A program made the translations under genes and the position numbers. Below are positions 55,657 to 64,000 of a stretch of 64,000 bases of DNA, in pieces. The first letter of the stretch is position 1. Each line of letters starts with the position of its first letter. The DNA is from a virus. Its lineage: Duplodnaviria; Heunggongvirae; Uroviricota; Caudoviricetes. The stretch lies in the IMG/VR virus record IMGVR_UViG_3300046533_001163; one strand, 5' to 3'. The notes under the pieces are model-generated. The model saw only the letters and a program-made list of their open reading frames with translations, had not been told where the DNA came from and did not search any database.

Positions 55657-56720
55657 TGTTTTCTACCGCTTACCATTATATGGTCATCTTCAAAAGAAAT
55701 ATAAACCCACATTTTTCTTTTATGCAAGTTTAAGTTTAAAGCACCGTCTGATAAAGTAGTGATAATACCATCTGCGGATGTAATTTTAAAATGAGATAAG
55801 GACTTGCCGCGTAATTCTAGAACCAAACGATCTAAGCTGGCTGTATATACGTAAGTATGTGAAGCGCCTTTATGATAAGAGCATTTTAAATAACCTGTTC
55901 CATCATCAACCGGAAAGGTAAGTATAGTTGACCCTGGACGATCATCCAAATTTCCGTCCACAAATACTGCCGACCCAGGAGCGCTGGATTCGTTCAGGCA
56001 CTTGTAAAGTGAATGTCTAAGCTGTACGTCGGCCTTTGTTAAATGAGAATGAGATTCTGATTTAAAAAATGAAAAAGACTTGTCATTCACAGAATGCTCC
56101 AACGTAGTAATCAGATGAAGCTTCTGCATATGACTACTCGGAATAAAAATTCTTTTGGGGTTATCGTTAATAAACACTACGGCATTATTTAACAAACCTT
56201 TAGCGCCATGCTCGTCTCGGGCTATATTAAATGTAATAATGTCATTCTTTTTATAAGTACGACCTTCATAATGAATCGGGGCATCAAATGGTGATATAAT
56301 ATGCAAGTGGCCACTCAAAAAACTATCCTGAAAAAATATCAAAAATCTTTGTTCTGAATAAGATTGATTGCCTCTTTTAAAGTAGGCTCTCGTCGCCTGA
56401 TTCTTAATAAAAATACCTTCCGACCAGGTCAAAGAATCCCACCAATCAGAGCGATCTATCGGAACATGAGAAGTGGATTTCAAAAATATTTCAAGGCACT
56501 TTCGGCCATTTATAATAATAAAAGACTGATCATTCGGACAATCAATACCCATATATCCTGATGAATCTTCATCGTAAACAAAGTATGATGAAGATTCACT
56601 GGACTTTTTAATTTCCGATAAAGTCGTACATTCTACGCCATTAGGTAGCGGTTCTCTAATTTTTGTAAGAGAAACGACGCACGAAAGCTTCGGACCATAA
56701 TCACATGTTCCTGACCACAT
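55647..56720 (-). CDS. hypothetical protein
   Basis: 357 aa. Confidence 0.35.
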   Translation of the reverse strand: MWSGTCDYGPKLSCVVSLTKIREPLPNGVECTTLSEIKKSSESSSYFVYDEDSSGYMGIDCPNDQSFIIINGRKCLEIFLKSTSHVPIDRSDWWDSLTWSEGIFIKNQATRAYFKRGNQSYSEQRFLIFFQDSFLSGHLHIISPFDAPIHYEGRTYKKNDIITFNIARDEHGAKGLLNNAVVFINDNPKRIFIPSSHMQKLHLITTLEHSVNDKSFSFFKSESHSHLTKADVQLRHSLYKCLNESSAPGSAVFVDGNLDDRPGSTILTFPVDDGTGYLKCSYHKGASHTYVYTASLDRLVLELRGKSLSHFKITSADGIITTLSDGALNLNLHKRKMWVYISFEDDHIMVSGRKHCR

Positions 56721-56750
56721 GAATCAACACTTTCAGTTAGTCCGTGGTTA

Positions 56751-57344
56751 CTAAAACCAAGTCTTAATCCAACTACAATAGTTGTCTGGCGAAACATATT
56801 TTTTAACCTGCTTCCATGATTCGTTTAGTGCTGTCCTATCGCCCATCTGCAAAAATGTTTTCTCAAATTTATCAGCAGCGTGAACCCGATCCTCAATATC
56901 TGTTGCCGGATTAACCACATCATAATACGTAGGCAAAACAGTATCTTTATGGGACTCAATAAAATGAGAGCACCACATATAAACAAACATTTCTACAGCA
57001 GCGACCCGAGCCTCTGCTAACCCAAATACCGGCAAGTATTGATTTTTCCGATAGGCATCAATTTTTGCCTTGATGGTCGGCTGATAATTATCAAAATTCA
57101 TAGGGGTGTGCTGCGTATTATACGCCCCCTTATGATTATTATAGCCATTGTAATTAGGCGTATATTCCAATAACAAGCTATCGCTTGGATGGTTGTTCTG
57201 CGGCTGTTCTTGTATGCCAAGAATAGCCCACTTCGGCTTAACATCACGTTTTTCCGAACGAAGAATCAAATATCCTTCTTTGACATACTTAACAACCGGA
57301 CATTTCAACAAATGCCTTTTGAAATATTCTTCTTGCAGATTCAT
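56751..57344 (-). CDS. hypothetical protein
   Basis: 197 aa. Confidence 0.35.
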   Translation of the reverse strand: MNLQEEYFKRHLLKCPVVKYVKEGYLILRSEKRDVKPKWAILGIQEQPQNNHPSDSLLLEYTPNYNGYNNHKGAYNTQHTPMNFDNYQPTIKAKIDAYRKNQYLPVFGLAEARVAAVEMFVYMWCSHFIESHKDTVLPTYYDVVNPATDIEDRVHAADKFEKTFLQMGDRTALNESWKQVKKYVSPDNYCSWIKTWF

Positions 57345-57392
57345 GGTTTTAGCACCTTGAGACTGATGTTATTGATTACGCAGATTACAATT

Positions 57393-58214
57393 TTAATACA
57401 AAGGGGAGTAAATGTCAAGATAGTATTTCTTTGGAGTTTTGCCAGACTTCATATCGTGCGATAAATCAAATACATACTTCTCAAACTGATGATTGAACTC
57501 TTCGTATGAAGAAAAACCGTAATATTCCTTCACTACTTGTAGTGGCCCCATCGCACAAAAAGACTCCATGTCTTTCGCTGGAAATTCTTTTTTCAGAAAA
57601 AGACACAACATTGTGCTTTGCACTCTATTCCATTTGTCAATATTTTTAGAATTAACATCTTGCTGAAGAATTTCATCCGCCGTGCAATGCTCATCTTTCA
57701 ACATGTCCTCTGCCTGCATAAGAGTTTCATATATGTCTGATTCGCTTCCATTCAAAACAGAAATGCCAGTAATCATCCACTTAGGAAACTTTATCTTATT
57801 CGCTATTTCATATTCACGCAAACATGCTTCCGTCAATTTTTCTGATAAATCTGAGTCTCTCCAATCGCCATCTACGCAAGTCCAAATAACAGAAATATCT
57901 TTTCCATCATGTATTAACGAAGCGCGATAAACTGACTTGTCAAGGTTAAAAAACTTCTTATATAGATCCTTATTGTCAATACAAATAACCATACACTTTC
58001 TTGAGAATTTAATATCATCAAATCCCCATCGCTTAAATATAGACTCTTTCATAAACTCTACGTGCTGAGACAAATACTCAGATTTGCCTTCGTGGTTTGA
58101 TAAGATTTCAAAATTATTCGTCTCATTAGAATAAAGCTTAACCTTCTGATCGCCAATTTCTACATGAGTATCTGCCGCAACAAACAAAAGTGCGAAAGCA
58201 AGCAAGTTATACAT
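57393..58214 (-). CDS. secreted hypothetical protein
   Basis: Signal peptide MYNLLAFALLFVAADTHVEI. Confidence 0.4.
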   Translation of the reverse strand: MYNLLAFALLFVAADTHVEIGDQKVKLYSNETNNFEILSNHEGKSEYLSQHVEFMKESIFKRWGFDDIKFSRKCMVICIDNKDLYKKFFNLDKSVYRASLIHDGKDISVIWTCVDGDWRDSDLSEKLTEACLREYEIANKIKFPKWMITGISVLNGSESDIYETLMQAEDMLKDEHCTADEILQQDVNSKNIDKWNRVQSTMLCLFLKKEFPAKDMESFCAMGPLQVVKEYYGFSSYEEFNHQFEKYVFDLSHDMKSGKTPKKYYLDIYSPLY

Positions 58215-58854
58215 TTACGCTACTCTCCTTAAAAAAAGATTGATTTGTTCTAAAAAAGTGAATTGACCTTGGACTAGATACATCAAAAATATCATGCTGA
58301 GAATCAGCATAAACATTTTTAATAATATCTCTAGCCTCAGATGCAATCTGTGAAATACGTGAATCACAAACACCAATTTTACTCCCGATTTCCTTCATAG
58401 ATAATCCCAAAACATAATATGAGTATATGATCTTCTGTTGAATTGGTGTTAGATGCTTCATAATTTTCTTATATGAATCATCATTGTCCACTCTAGAAAT
58501 TCCATCATCTTTTGCTATTAAATTCTCGCTTATGGGTGAAGACTGATGAAAATTAATGCTGTAGGTTGGGACATCAAGCGACCAAGATGTTATTCTATGT
58601 CTTTTTCTACTTCCGCTATACTTCCGTAAAAAATCATTGATTTCGCCATGTATTCTATACCGAGCATACATGGCGAAAACGCCTTTGGTTTCATCAAACT
58701 TAGTTGCTGCATCAATTAATCCCATATATGCAGCAGATTTTAATTCCGATAATTGTATCCCTCTAACACACCCAGACTTTCTTTTTTTAGCAATTTTATC
58801 CGCAAGGTGCTTGTACTCCACAACTAATTTGTTTCTTTCTTCAATACTTCTCAT
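58207..58854 (-). CDS. sigma-70 family sigma factor (sigma-28/FliA-like size)
   Basis: Region 2 LVVEYKHLADKIAKK...YMGLIDAATKFDETKGVFAMYARYRIHGEI. Region 4 LTPIQQKIIYSYYVLGLSMKEIGSKIGVCDSRISQIASEAR. Confidence 0.7.
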   Translation of the reverse strand: MRSIEERNKLVVEYKHLADKIAKKRKSGCVRGIQLSELKSAAYMGLIDAATKFDETKGVFAMYARYRIHGEINDFLRKYSGSRKRHRITSWSLDVPTYSINFHQSSPISENLIAKDDGISRVDNDDSYKKIMKHLTPIQQKIIYSYYVLGLSMKEIGSKIGVCDSRISQIASEARDIIKNVYADSQHDIFDVSSPRSIHFFRTNQSFFKESSVNV

Positions 58855-58874
58855 AATAATAAATTTTCAAATCA

Positions 58875-59918
58875 TTAAATTAAATCTCCAAGAGTCTTTT
58901 TTGCCTCGTCAATTAATGACAAATTAGTTGAGTACTTCAAAATTCTTCTTAGAAACCATATCTTCGTAGCCCGAAGATGTTTACTTAGTATATAAAACTG
59001 ATCACTTCCTTGCAACCCCAATATTTCAAGGGTTTTAGTCAAATTTGCCGGAGACACATCTAATTTGTCTGCCACCTCCTTGTATTCAGGCGCATACTTT
59101 TTAAATCGCTCCATAGATGCCGCTAATAATTCTGTATCATCATAATCATAGCCATATTTCGTAATGTCCGGTCTCTTTTTCTCATTATTCTTAACCTCTG
59201 CCCGCTTAGAAATTGCAACAAAGTTAATAAACAAACGAATCCAGTGCTTTACCGTATAATGGTTAAGCGTACTCTCTGGCAAACGCAATTCTACAGTCCT
59301 AATATCACCACCCTGAACGTAATTGCAGAAATTCAACGAAACCCTTCTATCATGTTCGGCGGCTGTGTGTGTCCCCAATCTACTTTGTAATTCTGTGCTT
59401 GATAAGTAATCTAGTTTGCCAAGTTTAATTTTTTTACGCATTGACACACAATATATGTTTTCTCTGCGATGTTCAGGAACTGCCTCATAAACTATCGGCT
59501 CAATCCTCAGCCAATTAGCCAAAAGTTGCGTTGCCATTTTAAATGAATAATCACGAATATCTGCATGAATATGAAGTCCACAATTTTTATTAACCTGAGC
59601 GCCAGCTACTCTCAAGGCATTTACAGCGCGACCCACTGCACATAAGTCTTTATACCCGCTGGCGACAAATGACGCGACTTCAAAACCACCAGTATCTTTT
59701 TTATATCCTAAATCTCCACAAGTAGAGTCTGTCTTAACATGCCAATAACTGTTATTTCTTGTGTGGCCCCATCCACTAACCACAACCTCACGAACAGGAT
59801 CAGTCTTTTTGATCGCGTTCTTAATGATTGCTTGGCTAATAGCAGAGTTCATTTCAATTTCAACGCCAAAATGTTTTTTTGACGTAAAACCGACATAACG
59901 AATTTTGGGAGTGGTCAT
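58875..59918 (-). CDS. glutamine-synthetase-like amidoligase (Amidoligase_2-type)
   Basis: FGVEIEMNS (ExE). SYWHVKTDSTCG...GFEVASFV. GLHIHADI (HxH). VELRLPES. Motif order as in GS/GCS-like amidoligases. Confidence 0.45.
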   Translation of the reverse strand: MTTPKIRYVGFTSKKHFGVEIEMNSAISQAIIKNAIKKTDPVREVVVSGWGHTRNNSYWHVKTDSTCGDLGYKKDTGGFEVASFVASGYKDLCAVGRAVNALRVAGAQVNKNCGLHIHADIRDYSFKMATQLLANWLRIEPIVYEAVPEHRRENIYCVSMRKKIKLGKLDYLSSTELQSRLGTHTAAEHDRRVSLNFCNYVQGGDIRTVELRLPESTLNHYTVKHWIRLFINFVAISKRAEVKNNEKKRPDITKYGYDYDDTELLAASMERFKKYAPEYKEVADKLDVSPANLTKTLEILGLQGSDQFYILSKHLRATKIWFLRRILKYSTNLSLIDEAKKTLGDLI

Positions 59919-59992
59919 TCAGCACCTAAGGTCCATACGCCAATTCTACCACAATTTCAAAGTACCGCAAGCGGATTTTTTACTGCAAAAAA

Positions 59993-62900
59993 TCAAGAAC
60001 AGTCAGAAACCGCAAAAAATTGGGCCGTAACATCAGTCAAGGTATTGCAATTTACGCTTTGCGTTTTGGTAAAATCACTAAGAAAAACAGGGTTGCTGTA
60101 CATTTTTACGCTTGCGATGTTCGTTATTATACCAGCTTTTTTCAACTTTGAACAGACCTCTTCCAAAGAACGCGCCGGAATTGTCATGACTTGACGAGAC
60201 AAGCAGGATGCAGTGCTGTCACTAAGCGGAGGGCATGTTTGAGTAGAACAATTTGTTTCCACAGTATAAAACATCATTGACCCTTGCCCAATGCTCCATG
60301 ACAAAACAAGCGTCGTAGAAAGATTGGCGTTCACATTCCAGCTTATTGGAAGACTGATAACATACGTAACTTGTCCGCCGGTAGATCCGCCACCGAATAT
60401 TAGGCCGCCGGTTCCAGTATATGAATGTGATAAAACAATACAATCGGCTTGTCCACCGAAGATAAGACCGCCAGTACCAAAATATATCCTTGTCTCAACA
60501 TCAGCATCAGCGCTACCACTAAATATCAATCCGCCTGTTCCGATGTAAGAAAGTTGGAAGCTGGCATCACTACTACCACTAAATATCAATCCGCCAGATG
60601 TGTTGATCCACGTAAGAATATGGTTCACTATTCCTGTACCGCCCAGCATAAGACCGCCAGAGCCGTCTACAACAAAGTTAGGAATATAATACCCTGATGG
60701 GAAAGACGCATGATAATCAAATGCAATTTCATCGGGATCTGAATAATCACTATAAACTATGACTTCATCAATTAAATTATTAAACCGATTTCCGCTGCCT
60801 GTTGACGGACCATCAATATACCTTGTGCCATTATTCTTAGCACCAATACTAATCGCATCGTGCGACCCAACATTATCTGCAAGACCGCCATGAATGCCAA
60901 ATAAAACGCCGTTCAAATACCCGGCGATAACATGTCCGGCAGCGTGGAACGATAATGCAGCATGATATCTTTGATGTGATTGTAAAATTGGGGAACTAAA
61001 GACATAGTGGAATCCCCAAGCCGGACTGCCGGAATCAGCCGTCATGTTCCAAACAATCATGACAATTACATAAGAATCTAAATATATCCCAAACCCGCGA
61101 GTAATATCACCTTCTTCATAAAGAGTTCGGCGAGTAACAACATCGGCGCCGGTCCTAAACCAAAGTTCGATAGTTCTCTGAGTATATGGAGTACTGCTAT
61201 TTATCGCGACATTATCCGGCGATAAAAGATAACTACTAGTTCCACCAAACAGAACAGAAGCATTACTAGGATCAGACAAAATTAAACTTGTCTGATTTAA
61301 AGTAAAGTCACCATGGTAAGTCCCATTCATCGCAGAACCAAGCGAGCCTGAGTTTACCGCAGTTGTCCCAGATGGATCGTCCAACCTATACCACACTAAC
61401 GGATTTCTTGACGTAATAGCATTAGCAAATGACGGAAACGTGTTAAAGAATATCCCGCCAGATGGATAAAAATTCATTACGGGATAAGAATGAGCGCTGC
61501 CCCCAAAATTTAAACCACCACTGCCAAAAAATGGCGTAATAACAAATCCGTTTGCGCCTATAAATGAATTGGCTCTTATGGCACACGTAGCAATGTGATT
61601 TACCATCGGCATCGCACCAATACTGGCTACACAAAGTAATGGAGCTGCGGCAGGACCATAAACAAAACTAAAATTTATCGGTTTGCTAGTTCTATTTATT
61701 AAATTAGGATATGACGCCAAGCTATTTGTATAGCTGGCAAGTACCGTGTTCGCTGGTAAAGCACGATTATAAATCCTAACATCATCTAAGTACCCTGTAA
61801 CAAATGATGTGATCTGGTTATAAGATCCGATAACCAAAGGTTGCCCGGAGTCAGATCCATGTGTACCAGTCCCGTCTGTCGCCCCGGAATAAGATACTTC
61901 CACACCATTATAATAAACATGAATATTAGATGCTGCGCTTCCCCCGCGCCATGTAACCACAACATGAGTCCAAGATCCAAACGGTGGAGGTGCACAACTT
62001 CTGGTGCAGTCTGTTCCATTAAATACAACAGCAACAAGTAGAGACGGAATGTTTACTTGGATGTATAGACCAGCGCTAGCGTTATTGTCGGTCTTATAAA
62101 TAACCGTACCACTAGAAACTCCCATTATCCAAAAACTAACAGTAAATGGCCCAGTACCGATTAATTCATTGGGTGGACCAACTGCCCCCTGTGATGCTCC
62201 TCCGAAAAATAAAATGCTACCAAAGCCACCCTTGCGGGATGTGGGGCGATACCCCCCAAGAAAACGTTGTTGCAGATTTGCAAATAATGCATGATGCTTG
62301 CCGACTATATCATACCAATATAAGCCTTGGCTGGTTACCGGCGATGCCAAATACCACGCAGTCAGCCCCTGCGCTAACGGATGTTTAAAGTTAACTTGTC
62401 TGGCAAAGTTAGTGTTGTTAATCGTAATAGGAAAAGTGCGACTGGCGTTTTGCGCAAACCCGGCTCTTTGTAGAGTATTGCCGCCTTCTACATGATCTAC
62501 TCTTGCATTTAAAATAGCAGATGAACTATTGGCTACTCTGCATATCTGGCCCTCAATTATTACACAATCGCCTCTGCATACAATATGAGTAGTTGCTATA
62601 TGGGCCACTCTGGCGTTGGGCGTAGCGATATTAGAGACAACCGTTAAGTGAGCAGTGCCAACACGTTGACCGGGACTGAATGCTATAATTGTGGAATTAC
62701 ATATTACGGCACAGGCGCTCTTAATAGTATTCTTGGCCCGGGGATTTAGGCTAACGCTATTTAATACTACACATGTTGCTACGTGAGCCACTTTAGATCC
62801 AGCAGTGCCAATACTTGACGAACAAATAATAGATGTATTGTTGTTAGATGCTACGTGTCCGCTAGCCCCAATGAATGAATTACAAACTATCGTCCAATTA

Positions 62901-64000
62901 CCGGGGGCAACTATAGTATTAAAATTTATATATTTATTAGCCCTATTGATAAGTCCAGGGTATGATGTAATGCTATTCTGGTAAAGTAAGTTGGTTTCGC
63001 CACGAGATAGTTCTCGGTTATAGATCCTAATGTCGTCCATATAACCAGTTAAATTCTGAGTTGACTGGTTATACGAACCTATAACTAACGGAGATCCAGC
63101 ATCAGTTAATCGCGTTCCGTTTCCATCAGATGTAGTTTGATATGCTTGTTCTACACCATTATAATAAATGTGAATGCCAGAAGCTAAACTAGACCCATTC
63201 CATGTTAAAGTTATATGTACCCAAGCATTAACTGGAGGTACTGGAGAAGACCTGATACAATCATTGTTTTGAAAAGTAATATTCAGCGCAAGTCCGCCGC
63301 TATTATAATCTATAAACCATCCCGATTGAACATCATTATCTGTTTTATACAAAAGAGTTGTGGCGGTTGATATTGAAATATACGTCCAAAAACTAACCGT
63401 GAACGCACCGGTACCAGTTAAAGCAGTTCTAGGGCCAAGTATATAAGATGTTCTGCTGCCCGTAAAATGAAAACTACCAAAACCACCTCTGTGACTAAGG
63501 ACATTAAATCCATCGCCTTGGGCAGCAAACATATTTGTCAACACACCATTATTACTGCGCGTAGTCAAATCATATACTATGGTAGATCGACTCTTCTGCG
63601 GTAGAGCCATATACCACAAAACTAATCCCTTAGACAAACAATTACCGCTATTAACCGGATAGCTAAAATTAATATTATTAGAATCAGTCGGAAAACTCTT
63701 TCTATACTTTTGAACAAACCCAGCATTTTGCGTAACTATTCTAAGTCCAGAAAAATGAGACACCCTACAATTAGGTGTAGATATACTGGAATTACAAATA
63801 ACAGCGACGGAATCAATGTGGGCTACTTTAGCGCTAGCCCCAATGTTACTATTACATTTTACTGCACAAGTCGCAACATGTGTAACTCTACAATTAGGCG
63901 TCGTAATGCTAGAGCTACACTTAACATCACAAATACCAAAAACAAAGTTTTGTAATGCAAAGTAAGGTATAAGAGAAGGCTGAGAATAAAGTTCGTCAGG
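59993..64000 (-). CDS. giant fibre-like protein (tail fibre or adhesin) with two concanavalin-A/LamG-like domains; the N-terminus lies beyond the window
   Basis: The frame stays open upstream of the listed Met at 63763 to the window end. Degenerate 13-aa repeats (NARVAHIAT / GSKVAHVAT / SAKVAHIDS). Two LamG signatures (GYMDDIRIYNRELSRGE, GYLDDVRIYNRALPANT). C-terminal GTGGLIFGG repeats. Confidence 0.6.
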   Translation of the reverse strand, partial: PDELYSQPSLIPYFALQNFVFGICDVKCSSSITTPNCRVTHVATCAVKCNSNIGASAKVAHIDSVAVICNSSISTPNCRVSHFSGLRIVTQNAGFVQKYRKSFPTDSNNINFSYPVNSGNCLSKGLVLWYMALPQKSRSTIVYDLTTRSNNGVLTNMFAAQGDGFNVLSHRGGFGSFHFTGSRTSYILGPRTALTGTGAFTVSFWTYISISTATTLLYKTDNDVQSGWFIDYNSGGLALNITFQNNDCIRSSPVPPVNAWVHITLTWNGSSLASGIHIYYNGVEQAYQTTSDGNGTRLTDAGSPLVIGSYNQSTQNLTGYMDDIRIYNRELSRGETNLLYQNSITSYPGLINRANKYINFNTIVAPGNWTIVCNSFIGASGHVASNNNTSIICSSSIGTAGSKVAHVATCVVLNSVSLNPRAKNTIKSACAVICNSTIIAFSPGQRVGTAHLTVVSNIATPNARVAHIATTHIVCRGDCVIIEGQICRVANSSSAILNARVDHVEGGNTLQRAGFAQNASRTFPITINNTNFARQVNFKHPLAQGLTAWYLASPVTSQGLYWYDIVGKHHALFANLQQRFLGGYRPTSRKGGFGSILFFGGASQGAVGPPNELIGTGPFTVSFWIMGVSSGTVIYKTDNNASAGLYIQVNIPSLLVAVVFNGTDCTRSCAPPPFGSWTHVVVTWRGGSAASNIHVYYNGVEVSYSGATDGTGTHGSDSGQPLVIGSYNQITSFVTGYLDDVRIYNRALPANTVLASYTNSLASYPNLINRTSKPINFSFVYGPAAAPLLCVASIGAMPMVNHIATCAIRANSFIGANGFVITPFFGSGGLNFGGSAHSYPVMNFYPSGGIFFNTFPSFANAITSRNPLVWYRLDDPSGTTAVNSGSLGSAMNGTYHGDFTLNQTSLILSDPSNASVLFGGTSSYLLSPDNVAINSSTPYTQRTIELWFRTGADVVTRRTLYEEGDITRGFGIYLDSYVIVMIVWNMTADSGSPAWGFHYVFSSPILQSHQRYHAALSFHAAGHVIAGYLNGVLFGIHGGLADNVGSHDAISIGAKNNGTRYIDGPSTGSGNRFNNLIDEVIVYSDYSDPDEIAFDYHASFPSGYYIPNFVVDGSGGLMLGGTGIVNHILTWINTSGGLIFSGSSDASFQLSYIGTGGLIFSGSADADVETRIYFGTGGLIFGGQADCIVLSHSYTGTGGLIFGGGSTGGQVTYVISLPISWNVNANLSTTLVLSWSIGQGSMMFYTVETNCSTQTCPPLSDSTASCLSRQVMTIPARSLEEVCSKLKKAGIITNIASVKMYSNPVFLSDFTKTQSVNCNTLTDVTAQFFAVSDCS

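Overview
This is an AT-rich window (about one third GC by eye) that reads as a large tailed dsDNA phage or phage-like element of a bacterial host. I did not find rRNA, tRNA or a CRISPR array.

Why it looks like a phage:
- Almost every gene is on the minus strand and tightly packed, often coupled by ATGA or TAATG start/stop overlaps.
- There are many small unknown proteins and many zinc-ribbon proteins.
- Recognisable phage-type functions include an HNH endonuclease and a very large fibre-like protein with concanavalin-A/LamG-like domains.
- Bacterial-type secretion and transcription signals are present: a twin-arginine (Tat) signal, a lipobox, two sigma-70 family sigma factors, and consensus TTGACA/TATAAT promoters.

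Recognisable genes include:
- Ribosome recycling factor, a GatB/YqeY-domain protein and thioredoxin.
- ClpX and a GroES-like co-chaperonin.
- RuvB-like and generic AAA+ ATPases.
- A NUDIX hydrolase, a histidine phosphatase and an aldehyde dehydrogenase.
- A flotillin-like SPFH protein.
- Two ParB-like proteins.
- A saccharopine-dehydrogenase-family enzyme.
- A glycosyltransferase/sulfotransferase/methyltransferase cluster next to the large structural genes.

Observations most worth a second look:
1. A tandem, translationally coupled array of six small paralogous genes that all begin with the same 15-17 nt and encode MKAEVK.., reminiscent of diversified internal-protein or anti-defence loci.
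2. A phage-borne MoxR AAA+ / DUF58 / BatA-like vWA / BatD-like cluster, plus a second BatA-like gene nearby.
3. A divergent TnpB/Cas12-family protein that has lost its zinc finger and the RuvC-III aspartate, making it a possible nuclease-dead RNA-guided regulator; a canonical stand-alone TnpB also sits on the opposite strand.
4. A single-chain tandem CsrA.
5. A GC-rich linker-histone-like gene and a GC-rich non-coding block.
6. A glutamine-synthetase-like amidoligase together with two gamma-glutamyl cyclotransferase (GGCT) fold genes.
7. A recurring TAGTTATCCAT motif just upstream of genes.

All calls come from reading the translated ORFs and the DNA by eye. No database search was possible.
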